DNA of 64,000 bases from Caecitellus pseudoparvulus (taxonomy: Eukaryota > Protista > Bigyra: Bicosoecida): contig CBFFRQ010000020.1 of the NCBI GenBank assembly GCA_965644315.1, forward strand, positions 248,001 through 312,000. The letters are read 5' to 3'. How positions within the stretch are numbered: the first letter of the stretch is position 1; each line of letters begins with the position of its first letter. Shown piece after piece: positions 51,030-62,700 of the stretch. The translations under genes were made by a program, and so were the position numbers. The notes beneath the pieces were generated by a model, which saw nothing but the letters and a program-made list of their open reading frames with translations, was not told the DNA's origin and made no database searches.

Positions 51030-52118
51030 TCAGTACATGAAGACGGGGTCCGCCACGGTCATGGTGCGCGTCTCTGCGGCGATGGCGTCCCGGACAGCCT
51101 TGGGCAGGCCAATGACGCCCTTGAGGGCAACCGCATCCATGAAGCGGAGTGGCGTGGACACCGCCGCAGCGATGGCGGCATCCACCTCGTCCAGGGGCTG
51201 CGTCATGAGGTGCTGCAGGGGCGTGAGGCCCGCCGCGGCGGCCGCCTGTGCGACGTCGGCCTCCTCCGTGAAGGCCATGTTGAAGGCCCAGTTGGAGCCG
51301 AAGGAGGGGATGTCGGCTGAGTACGGCACGACGTGGGGGAACACGCTGGCCAGGGTGTGGTTGATGACGCTGCAGCACTCGGTGATGTTCATGACGGAGC
51401 CGGGGCCCGACTGCGTCACGAGGATGCCGCCCGGGTTCAGCCGGCTGATGGCGAACTTGTAGAACTCCTGTGTGTACAGGACGTACCCGGGCCCCGCCTC
51501 GATGGGGTCGGCGATGTCCATGATGATGACGTCATACTTGTCCTCGTGCGTCTCCAACCACGCCTTGGCGTCGTCATACTCCACCTGCAGGCGGGGGTCC
51601 TCAATGCACCCGCCGTGCCACTCCGGCAGCTGCTCCTTGCAGATGTCCACCACGACGCCGTCGATGTCCACCATGACGCACTTCTCCACGCCGGTGTGCC
51701 GAAGCACTTCCCGCGCAGTGGCCAGCTCCCCGCCGCCGCCGATGAACACGGACTTCGCCTTGCCGTGCGCCAGCATGGCGGGGTGCACCAGGCTCTCGTG
51801 GTACACGAATTCGTCTGCCTGCGCGCTCTGCGTCTTGCCGTCCAGCACCAGTGTCTTGCCGAACGGCGCCGTGTGCACGATTTGCGCGCGCTGGAACTCG
51901 GACTTCTTGTCGAAGGTGATGGTGTTCAGGCGCATCTTGATGGCCAGGTCGGGGGACACCTCCTCCGTGAACCTGGGGGGGGGGAGTGGCGCCCACAGTG
52001 TGCGGCGTGCCTGTGCAGGCCTGTCCAGAACTGTGCTGGCGCCTCACCAGAAGCCGCTGGTCATGATCTCCGCATCCTTCGCGGCAGTGGACACAGTGGT
52101 GGTCGTGGTGGCAGCCAT
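51030..52118 (-). CDS. Polyamine aminopropyltransferase, thermospermine synthase (ACL5)-like
   Basis: Intron 52047-51973. FGKTLVLDGKTQS, DEFVYHESLVHPAM, GGGGELATAREVLRH, MVDID, DIADPIEAGPGYVLYTQEFY and LNPGGILVTQSG. Confidence 0.92.
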
Positions 52119-52393
52119 GGTGGCAAGTTGGGGCGCCTGTGCAGCGCGCAGGGGCGAGGGGGGGCGTTCCGCAGCTGCGAATCGACAACGCGGTGCGGCG
52201 CCCCTCAATTTCCGCAAACCCAGAACTCACGACGAGGGGCGGTCAGGGGCAGCAGCGCAGAGGGGCGCACAGAGTACTTTACACAGTGCGAGCTGGGGGC
52301 ATTTGAAAAGTGCACCGCGGGCGAGAGTGGCGACGCTGACCCCACCCTGCCGCCCACACAAGCCGCACACGGCACCTCACCGCTTGCTGCAGC

Positions 52394-53967
52394 ATGGCTG
52401 TTGCTGGCGCCACCCAGACAGGCGCGGCCGCGGAGCAGTCGCTGAGACTCCGGCACAGCCTGCAGCGGTCCCTGGAGGTCTTCTCCTCCAACCAGCTCGC
52501 GCCAGTGTCGCAGTTTGCGCCTGGGTACGGTGCCGCTGAGCTGGGCAAATGCCGCACCTGCCGCACCACCGCTGCCCCCCTCCCTGCCTGCACAGAGTGC
52601 AGACACGGGTGCTGACCAAACTGCACAGCGAGTACAATCACATTGTCAGCCCAGCCACGCCACCAGGCGCGCTGGCGGCCTCCGTCACAGTGGGCGGGCA
52701 GTTGCCAACCGCTGGCCTGCTGACGGATGGACGGCCCGCTGGCGCCGGCGCCGGGGGGCCAGCCCCTGACAGTGGCAGCAGCGCCAGCGACGGCTCCACC
52801 AGCAGCGCGGGCGTGGTGGCAGGTGTGGCGGCGGGCGTGGCGGCGGCTTCCCGCCCCTCTGGCGTGGCGGCAGACTCCCTCGTCGCGTACAACCGCATGG
52901 CGTCGCTGGGGGAGGCGGCGGCGGCGTCCTCCACCGCCCTGGCCCGGCGCCGGGCCCACCGCAACGTGCCGCAGCCAGCGTGGCACGCGCCCTGGCGCCT
53001 CATGCGGGTGATTGCAGGGCACACGGGCGCCGTGCGGTGTGTGGCGGTGGAGCCGGGCAACAAGTGGTTCGTGACGGGGGGTGCCGACCGCACCGTGCGC
53101 CTGTGGGACTTGGCCTCTGGCACGCTGAAGCTGACGCTGACGGGGCACATCTCCACAGTGCGGGGCGTGGTGGTGTCGGCGCGGCACCCGTACCTGTTCA
53201 GTGTGGGGGAGGACAAGACCGTGCGGTGCTGGGACCTGGAGGCCAACAAGGTCATCCGCAAGTACCACGGGCACCTGTCGGGGGTGTACTGCTGCGCACT
53301 GCACCCGACGCTGGACGTGTTGATGACGGGGGGGCGCGACGCCACCTGCCGTGTCTGGGACATCCGCACCAAGGCTCAAGTGCACAGCATGGGGGGGCAC
53401 CGGGACACCGTCGCCACGGTGGCGTGCCAGGCCGCAGAGCCACAGGTGGTCACGGGCAGCCACGACCACACGGTGAAGCTGTGGGACCTGGCTGCCGGCA
53501 AGGCCCTCACCACCCTCACGCACCACAAGAAGAGCGTGCGGGCACTGGCCCTGCACCCGACACAGTACACCATGGTGACGGCGTCCCCCGACAACATCAA
53601 AAAGTGGCGCTTCCCAGACGCAAACTTCATGCACAACCTGTCAGGGCACTCCGCCATCATCAACTCCCTGGCCCTGAACCCGGATGGCGTGCTGGTGTCG
53701 GCGGGGGACGACGGCACCATGCGCCTGTGGGACTACGACACCGGGTACGCCTTCCAGCGCTGGGAGACGCAGGTGCAGCCGGGCTCCCTGGACTCGGAGG
53801 CTGGCGTGTATGCCTGCACGTTCGACCAGACGGGCGCGCGCCTCATCACGGCAGAGGCGGACAAGACCATCAAGGTGTACCGGGAAGACCCCACGGCGTC
53901 ACCCGAGTCAGACCCCATCGACATGGCAACGTGGACAAAAGAGTTCCGGGCACTGCAGAGATTCTGA
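52394..53967 (+). CDS. PLRG1: Pleiotropic regulator 1 / Prp46, WD40 splicing factor
   Basis: Intron 52525-52595. [59 protein letters not shown] and [12 protein letters not shown]. Confidence 0.97.
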
Positions 53968-54048
53968 TTCCGTGTCACCAATGCACCCCACCCCTTTTAT
54001 ATGCTGCCAGCCCCGCAACGGCTGCCTGCTGGCGCCCGGTTGGACGAC

Positions 54049-55356
54049 ATGCGGTTTTTGCGCCGGTGGTCCAGTTTTGCAACCCTCACAACCACCTGCG
54101 CTGCTCTCCTCCTACTCAGCGCCCAAGGCAGTGCAAAGCCCACAGAGTCAGACAAACTGATACATGGGAGTCAGTGCTCCCGCCCGTTGCTGCAGCCCAG
54201 CCCTCCTGCGTGCCGCGGGACGCCTGTGCAGTGGCAGGTGCAGCCAACGCAGGAGGCGCAAGGCCTGCTGCAGCTGACGACGGTCGGGCCCTGCGCGTGG
54301 GGCGTGCAGCAGGTCGGACAGGGCGCCTTTCAATTCTTCCTGCCCCTGCCCTGGCATGCTGCGTGGAGTGAGCACTCTCAAGCCCTGCAGGCCACCCTGG
54401 CATGGCACCGGCGCTCGCGTGGCGCTGACGTGCCCGTGTCGCTTGCTCTGCACGGCTGCAGCCTGGCGCCCCTGGCGCTGCAGGCACACCTGCTGGGGGC
54501 AGTGCACATCCTTGTGGCGTGCGCCAGCGACTGCCAGCGACGGGAGATGGCCGGCATGTTCGCTCTGTTCGCGGCGTCGTTCGCCAGCCCCACACCCGGC
54601 ACGCCAGGTGCTGCCCCCGGCCCCCTCCCCCGCACCCGGGACATCCTTGTGCTGCAGTACCAGGAGGGGGTGGATGTGGTGGACACCCTCTCCCAGGGGC
54701 ACGAGCGTGGCGTGTTGCTGCTGGGCCTGCCCCCCTCGCAGGCTGCCCGCGTGAGGGGCGGGTCCCCCCCACCCTGTGCATCCCTGCTGGCCCTGCCCAG
54801 TGACGGCGGCGCCCAGGCCATGCTGTGCATTCGCGACGTGCCCCAACTGCACACGCCCGCTCACGTCTCCCACATCGTCGCCAGGGGGCGGGAGGTGGTG
54901 GTGAAGGTGGTGCCGCAGCAGTACGCGGACATGGGCGCCTGGGCCCGGGAGGTGTGGTGGCTCCAGCGCACAGCTGCCGAGCCGTGGACACCGCCCCTGC
55001 TCTCGGCTGACGCAAGCGACCGCAGCATCGTCATGGCATGGGCGGGGCACCCCCTCAACGCCAGCAACCTCCCCGCTGACTGGCATGCGCAGGGCGCGCG
55101 CCTGGACGCAGCCCTGGCGGCTGCGGGCTGCACGCACAATGACTGGCACGTCGGCAACCTCGTCGTGGGCGACGGTGGCGCCCTGACAGTGCTGGACTTT
55201 TCCTGGGCAGCCCACGGCAACGACAGCACCTGTGGCGGCCTGTGCCCCCCCGCTGCCGCCAAGCCGTACGCCGCAACACCCGCCACCTCCTTCCTCCAGG
55301 CGCTGCAGGACTGGGTATCCAACACACGCCCTCCCCACGGGGCCCACGGCGCATGA
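54049..55356 (+). CDS. Signal-peptide-bearing protein with C-terminal atypical protein-kinase-like domain (Kdo/RIO/Bud32/APH-like fold)
   Basis: Intronless ORF. MRFLRRWSSFATLTTTCAALLLLSAQG; then VVVKVV, AREVWWL, IVMAWAG, HNDWHVGNLVV and VLDFSWA. An in-frame upstream ATG exists at 54001. Confidence 0.65.
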   Translation: MRFLRRWSSFATLTTTCAALLLLSAQGSAKPTESDKLIHGSQCSRPLLQPSPPACRGTPVQWQVQPTQEAQGLLQLTTVGPCAWGVQQVGQGAFQFFLPLPWHAAWSEHSQALQATLAWHRRSRGADVPVSLALHGCSLAPLALQAHLLGAVHILVACASDCQRREMAGMFALFAASFASPTPGTPGAAPGPLPRTRDILVLQYQEGVDVVDTLSQGHERGVLLLGLPPSQAARVRGGSPPPCASLLALPSDGGAQAMLCIRDVPQLHTPAHVSHIVARGREVVVKVVPQQYADMGAWAREVWWLQRTAAEPWTPPLLSADASDRSIVMAWAGHPLNASNLPADWHAQGARLDAALAAAGCTHNDWHVGNLVVGDGGALTVLDFSWAAHGNDSTCGGLCPPAAAKPYAATPATSFLQALQDWVSNTRPPHGAHGA

Positions 55357-55359
55357 GCT

Positions 55360-58300
55360 TCACTCCCCCTTGTGCTCGCCCTCACGCTCCTCCTGCACCT
55401 GCGCAGCGTGCACGGTGGCCGGCGCGCCTGCCCGTGGTGCGGTGCAGTCGCACTTGGACCGCCACAGCACCTGCCGCCGCCCCGCCAAGGAGTACACCTC
55501 CTCCGCGGGGATGGCGATGTCGCCGAAGGACAGGTCCACCACGAAGCTCTGCATGCTGGGCAGCAGGGTGACTTCGCACCAGGTGTGGTCATCCCCCTCC
55601 CGCATCCAGCCGGCACCTTCCCCGCCGCCCCCATGCACTGTGCCCCCCCGGAACTTGACCTCCAGCCCCAGCAGGGCGCCGAACGGCAGCAGCATGGCGC
55701 AGCAGACAGAGGCCTGTGTGTGGCAGTGCCCCTGCCCATAGTGCACGAGGCGCCCCACCTCCGGCCGGCTGCTGCGACCCACCTCCGCGCCCTGGTTCGG
55801 GATGTGCCGGCAGTCGATGACGCCGGTGATGGCAGTCACTGCCTCCAACTGTGCCTGCAGTGCACCTGCATCGCCTGGGCTGGCATCTGCCAGGTGTGGG
55901 CAGATGGTGTCCGCCAGGTGAGCCACGGCCAGCGCCGCCTCCATCACCTTGCCCCGCGTCAGCAGGTCGGAGTACTTCGCCTCCACGCCGTCCTCGAACA
56001 GCACTGCGCCCCGCACGGTCCTACGGAAGCGCGTCGGCTCGTTCAGCTCAAAGACAGCGGAGCTGGGCACGCTGCGCAGGTCAGTGCCCCCCCCCGGCGT
56101 GTCCACTGCCACCAGCATGCGGTGGGGGCTGGCGGGGTCGGGGCCCTGCACCCGTGCGCGGTGTGTCACCGTCACTTTGCCCTGTCCAGGCGGCATGCCT
56201 GCCAGGAAGCGGTCCCCACCCGCCTCCAGCCGCGCAAACACCTCCGTGCGCACCAGCACGCGCCGCCCACGAGGGTACCGCGGCAGGGCCTCCAGAGCCC
56301 CAGACGGCGGCCCCTGCACACTGCACGGCCAAACCCCCCAATCCACCAGGTCCTGAGTACTCACCTCTCCAGGGGACAGCGACGGCAGTGCCCCCAGCAG
56401 CCGCACAGCTGCCGGGCGCAGGGGCGTGCTGGTGAGCAGGTGCTGGTATAGCTCCTTCACCTGCCCCCCCTCCACCAGGCCCCGGAAGGCACCCACTGCC
56501 CAGCGGGTCAGCGCCTGTCCACTGCTGCAGTCAGCAGGCGGCGCCAGGGCCTCTGCAGACAGCGCAGGGCTGCTGGCCTGTGCCGTGGTGGTGGGTGCCG
56601 GGGGCACTGCCCTGCCTAGCCCCATGGCCCGCTCAGCCCCCGCGCCAAACACCAAGTCGGCCAAGTCCTCGTCGTCCGTGGCTGACAGCAGTCCGCACAG
56701 GGCGGGCGGCGCGGTCGGCAGGGCCACACCAGCCCCGCTCGCTGACGCACCGCCCGGTGCGGCAGTCGCCCCTGGCGCCCCCTGCAGCAGTGCCTGGAGG
56801 ATAGCCTCCTCCTCCCGCACAGGCTCGCCCGCGTCGGTGACAGGCTGGGCCTGGGCGGTGCCCGCCACGTCACTCTTGGGCGGGCGGGTGGCAGGGCCAG
56901 CGTCCCCCGCCACCTTCAGCAGCCCCACCACCACCTGCTGCAAGACGCTGTCGTCGTACGCCAGCCCCGCGCGAAAGGGGCCTGCTCTGAGCTTGGTGAG
57001 GGTGCCCTTGGGCAGGGCGCGGACAATCTTATTCCCGACCGCCATGGGATGGTTCTGGTCGCTGGTCATCCACATCACTGCCACCGGCACCGACACCTTG
57101 TTCAGCGCCACCACCGAGTCTGTCCAGTTGGCATGGTACACGCACGCCGCCCTGACCAGGCGGGCCTTGGCGGGGCGGGAGGCCAGTCCGAGGGCCAGGC
57201 TGCCGCCGAAATCAAAGCCAAACACCACCGCGCGTTTCTTGGGCGTCACGCCAAACGCCGCCAGCACACTCTCCACGCAGACCAGCGGGCCACCCTCACC
57301 CCACATCTTCTCCGTCCTGCCGCTGCACCTGGGCACGGCGCGCGAACCGGAAAAACCAGGCAGGTCAATGCCCACGACATGGAAGCCCCGCTCAGCCAGG
57401 GCCCGCGCCTCTGTGGCCAGGTTGCTGGCGCCGCAGCCGGAGCCATATCCGTGCAGCAACACTGCCACCCGCTGCCCCCACGCGCCGTTGTGGTGCACGC
57501 ACAGCTCCCCTGCTGGCGTCGGCACGTACTGCACCTCAAACTGCTGCCAGCACTCCGCGTCCGCCTCGGCCCCCATGGTGAAGGCGGCGCCAGAGGCGGG
57601 TTTCCCCGCACGTCGCCCGCGCAGGTCCAGCGTCGCCGTTTGCACGCGGTCAGCATCCCGCAGCTTGCCTGCAGCGCCCCCCCCCGACCGTGAGACATTG
57701 TTCACTGTCTTGTTCACGACCCGCTTGGCCACGGACCCGAAGCGCAGCGTGCGGGTGGTGAAGCCGGCGTGTTCGCTGGACAGGCTTGCCGTGCACAGCA
57801 GCACTGTGCGGGCGTTGCCGCCGAGGGAGTTGGACAGGAGCTTGGTCAGGGTGGAGTTCCGGTAGGGGACGAAGGGTGCCTTGTCGGCCAGCGCGTCAAT
57901 GACTGCTTTGAGGTTGAACAGGCTCAGGTTGATGGCCTTGCTCTCGCTGTGGTGCGTGTCGCCGCCGCCCGCCATCAGCACTTCCGCGCCAGCCAAGTCC
58001 ACGATGTTCAACTCCGAAATGCGCGCCTCGCCGGTGTCGTTCAGGGCTGTGGCAAGGGTCATGCGGAAGATCGTGTGGGACCGGCTGCTCTTGCCGTGCA
58101 CGTAGCTCTCCCCCATGCGCTTGTTCGCGCTGCCGGCAGCCAGCGTCCGCAGCACGGCATGCCGGCTGCTGCAGCTGACCTGGGTCAGCCCAGCAACCCT
58201 GAACGCGCCGTCAACTTCCCGAACTGGCAGCGCCGGCTGAGGTGCGGCGGTGGACGCCTCGGGGCACAGTAGGTCTGTCACGCCCTCATTGTACACCTCC

Positions 58301-58786
58301 ACGAAGGATGCCGACAGCAGCATGCGGGCGCGGCCAGCAGCCTGGGCGGCAGCGAAGAAGGCAAACGCCTCATCCAACACGTGCTTCATGACCCCCCCCG
58401 CCTGTTCCCCGTCTTCCCCCCTGTGCCCGAACATGGTGAAGGTCTTGCCGGACCTGGGCGGCGCGGGAGGTGGACGTGGAGCCAGGCAGCGCAGGGGAGG
58501 TTGCTTGTGCGCCGGCCGGCCCGCAGCCTCACCCAGTCTGCCCAAAGGCGAACACGGTTCCATTGAATCCCGCAAGCCACGACCGGACACAGTGCCTCAC
58601 CGAGCCCGCGTACACATCGGCGTTCGTCGCGTCAGGACCGTACACCTGACTGTAAGTCCGGTGTTTGGAGTCTGGGCCCCCACTCACGCCACATGCCGTT
58701 GTCTGCCATGGGGGGGAACAGGGCGCCTCGCCAGAAAACAGTGGTCTGAACCGCACTGCCACTTGGACGGCATCTGCTTGGGGCAT
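55360..58786 (-). CDS. Kinesin motor domain fused to an alpha/beta-hydrolase domain and a C-terminal transglutaminase-like domain (~1,115 aa)
   Basis: Exons 58786-58533 and 58453-55360. Kinesin: VAVRFRP, GQTGSGKT, VEVYNE, SSRSH, DLAGAE, INLSL, VPYRNSTLTKLL. Hydrolase: LLHGYG, IDLPGF, GFDFGG, DQNHP. C-terminus: GHCH, DHTWCEV, VVDLS. Confidence 0.85.
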
Positions 58787-59742
58787 CGTGGGAGAAGCGC
58801 CGGAAAGTGCCGGCCCACCACGCCAAACAAAAACCGCAGCGCACCAGGCGTGCAGCCAACCTAAATGCAGCACGATGAGCAAGTGGAGCAGCAAGCATTT
58901 CGATGAGCACGTCTTGGACTCTTGAACGAGTGTGTTATGGGCCCTTTCCTCTCTAGTCAAAAAAGCTGACAAGGCAGCCTCGGACACTCCGAGTGCTGCC
59001 TCAGCCTTTGCTGTCGGGGTGTCGAATTAGCGTTTGGGCCGTCTTCTTTCTTGCCAAGAAAAGGTTGCCCATTGCTGTGGCCCCGACGATGGACTGCCAC
59101 ATCCGTGCTTTGTAAGGCTCGTGCAATGCTCGCCGTTGATGTCCCTCGCAGTGGGCACCAACCGTAGCACCCGGCAGGTGCTTGCCTCCCACGGCCCGCG
59201 GACCACTACACCGTGCGTGCGTCGCGCACAATGCAGAGCACTACAAAGCAATCACCCCCACGATGCCCAACGTGCGGTTGGGCAAAAAGCGTGCGTTCCT
59301 CACTTGTGCAAGCAAAAACGGAAGCTGAACTTCTCGTCTCCCGGGGTGTCGAGTTAGCGCTGCGTACCGTCGCCTGTCTAGTCAAGGCAAGGTTGTACTT
59401 GGCTGTGGCCCCGGATAAGTGACCTCAGTTCCAGCAAAGTATATATATACCAATGTAAAGGGTCGACCCCCCACCAATCCAGTGGGCGACGTCCTGCTCG
59501 ACAGCTCTCCTTGCAGGGGCCCAGCCCACAACAAAACCCCCTCAACTGCTTGCACAATTTGCGTAGTGTTGTATTCATTGCGGTACTTGCACCCTCACCA
59601 CTGCCCTGCCTCGTGGAGGGGTGTGCCATTGCTTGCGGATTTTGCTCGAGCAAGACAGGTGCGAGGCACGTTCCCTAGCTACGTATTGGCGCACCTGGAT
59701 CAGCTGTGTTGGAAATAAGCGGTCTCCGTAACACTTGGGACT
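58787..59742. promoter_or_regulatory. Divergent intergenic region between the kinesin fusion and MCM10
   Basis: ~950 bp, visibly lower GC, includes GTATATATATAC near 59439; inferred from position. Confidence 0.35.
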
Positions 59743-62700
59743 ATGTCAGGAGCAGCAGATGCCCTGGGCGATTTGCTGGGTGAGCAGCGGCGAGTGTGCT
59801 GGCGTGCGTGTGGCTATTTGAATGCACCTCTCCCGCCCGGTGCCCAGCCGAACTGTCGGACGAGTCCGAGCAGGAAGCAGAGGCAGGGAGTGACCCACCC
59901 AGCAGCTCAGGAACTGGCTCGTCAAGGGCCCTCGTGGACCTGGGCGCCAATGCCGCCCCCCAGCGCACAGGGGTGCTGCCCAGCAAAGCAGCTCGGCACG
60001 CGGCGCCCTTGCCAAGGCAGCCGGCGCAGCAGCAGCAGCCGCAGGCGGGGGCCCATGGCGACACCACCGGCAGCGTGGAAACAGAGCGCGTGTCTGGCTT
60101 CCGCCTGCGTCAGCGCAAGGTGTCGCAGGCGGAGATGGACGCGGGGCTGGTGGGGCGCACCTACCTCTCCCTGCGCAAGCTGGCGCGCATGACCGTGGGC
60201 GCTGTGGGGGACGTGGCGGCGGGCGGGGAGTGGCTGACCATCGGCGTCATCGAGACGTCTCGGGGCGCCCGGGACTCTGCCCGTGGCAACCGCTTCGCGT
60301 CGTGGGTACTTAGCGACTTCACGCACTCTGCCACGGTGCTGCTGTTCGGCGCCGCCTGCGGCACCTTTGGGGCGCTGTCCCCAGGGCACGTCGTGCTGCT
60401 GTTCGCGCCCAAGGTGCTGCCGTCCAAGTCTGACCCCACGGCCTTCAGCCTGGCCGTGACGGAGGAGCACCAAGTCACGTTGCTGGGGCGCAGTGCAGAC
60501 TACGGCACCTGCGCCGGCACACGCCGCGACGGCCAGCCCTGCACCGCCATCGTGAACACCTCCACGGGGCGGTTCTGCAGGTACCACATGGCTGCCGAGT
60601 TCAAGCGCCTGGCGTCGGGTCGGGGGGCCTTCTCCTCCTCCGCCTCAGGCGGCCTGCGCACGGTGGGGGGCACCCGCCGCGGCAACATGTCAGCGGGCGC
60701 GTACTCTCGAGAGGCCTTCGCCGTGGCTGACATGTCCATGGGGGCAGTGTTCTCTGCAGGCGCCAGCGGGGCGGGGCGGGGCGACGCGCCAGTGCCCCGG
60801 GGCGCGTATGGCGGGCAGGTGGGCAAGGCTGCCACAGCCATGCGCGCCCTGCAGAAGAAGGTGCGGACAGTGGCCTCCCAGGCCCCCGCCGCGTCACGTG
60901 GCGGGGGGGCAGTGGCGCTGCGCATCGCACCCGATGGCTCTGCCCGCGCCCCGGGCATGGCCAGCAGGGGGGTGGGCCCACATGCCGCACCCCGGCGCCC
61001 CGCCTCCGCCGCCGCTGCCCACCCCTCTCGGGACTCCAAGGCCACGCAGGGTCTGGTGCAGGCTGCCCGGGCGAGGGGGGGCGGTGCACAGGCCCTGCGC
61101 CGCCCAGCGCCGCGCTCTGGGGGTGGCGGAACAGGGGCCATGCTGGCCCGGGTGTCTGCGGCGTACAAGCGAGGGGGGGAGGGGCGGGCCGTGGCTGGGC
61201 GAGTGGCGGATGCACTCTTGGACTCGGCACGCCCCCGCAGTGCCGCCGCCCCCCGGCACATGTCACGAGGCGTCAGCCGGGCAGTGGCGGCGCTGAACGC
61301 TGTGCGGGGCGGGGTGGGTGTCCTGCACCTGGACGACGACGACGACAACAACCCTGGTCGCAGCGCGCGCCGCCTCATGAGCACGCTGACACACGGCATG
61401 TCCACGTCCCAGCGCCTGCAGACGGTGGCGCCCCCCGCAGCCAAGCACTCGGCCTTCCTGGAGTCGCTGGATGCGGCGCGGGGGCGGTGGGCGACAAGGG
61501 GTGGCGGGGGGCGGCCCCAGTCACCCGCACCCGCACCCGCACCGGCCGCCGCTGCCGCACCTACCCCTCACAGCCGACACCATGCACAGAGCAGGGCCAA
61601 CCCCCCCTCACAACCTGCGAGGGCACCCGCCCCCCACACGGCGCGTGAGGTGGCGCCTGAGCCCCCCCCTCCCGCCAGCCCCAAGGCCATCCCCCACTTG
61701 CAGTCACGGTCGCAGAGCGACTTCCTCGCAGCGGGGCGGAGCGGCCACTTGGAGGCGCAGGCGTGGGCACAGCGGGCGCTGGGAGGCGGGGCAGACTGTG
61801 CGCCTGAGCAGCCGGCAGCGGCACGCGATGCGCTGGGGGCAGCGCTGACGGGGGATGCAGCTGGCCCAGGTCCACGCCGACCCCCCCCCCGGGCCGCCGC
61901 CACCACCACCACCTTCTTGGCTGTCAACACGGCCCGCGGCCAGCAACGGGAGGTGCTGGCTTCCCGCGTGCAGCGCTCGAACACGCCCTCCCCGTCGCAG
62001 TGCGACGTGCTGGACCTGGACGACGACCAGTGCCTGGCCGCTGCCATGGCTGTCATGGATGCCCTGCCCCAGCACGGTCACCAGCGACCGCCCACGCCGC
62101 CTGGGCGAGATGGCGGGGCGACACGGCAGCAGGGGCCCCCTGCATCGCCCCCCCGCCGCCGCACCAAGTCTGCCCCCCGTCGCCCCACACGGCAACCGCG
62201 GCAGCCGGCTCCCTCCCACCCCCGCCCACAGCAGCCTCAGCGGGCAGACAAGGTGCCAGCCACAGTGGCTGCCTCCTCCCGTGCCGGCGCCATGTTGGGC
62301 CTGCACTCTCGTGTTGCCCCGGGCTCCACCCTGGTGCAGGTGCGGGGGGGGGCGTCCCCGCCTCCTGCCCCCCCCTCCCAGGCGCCGCCACCCCCCGCCC
62401 GCCATGGACCCCACACACTGCCCGCCAAACCCCGCCCCTTGGCGGCCGCCCCGCCTTCCGCCGGGGACATGGTGGTGCAGCGGGGGCTGTACGGGCCCGG
62501 GAGGGGGGGGCAGCCCCCCCCCTCCACCTCCACCACCGCAACGGGCGGTGTCAAGCGGCCCCGGCCAGCCGACGCGGCCCTCCTACGGCGCCTGGCAGCT
62601 GAGCGAGGCAAGAGCACGCCGGCAGCCCAGGCCAAGGCGCCGCGCCAGGCCGGCGCCATGGGCCCCGGCAGCTTCCTGCGCACAGCCAGCGCGCCAGATG

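Noticed and set aside
58454-58590. ORF-track start of the kinesin at 58590
   Set aside because: It lacks the first half of the P-loop; splicing 58532-58454 restores GQTGSGKT with a start at 58786.
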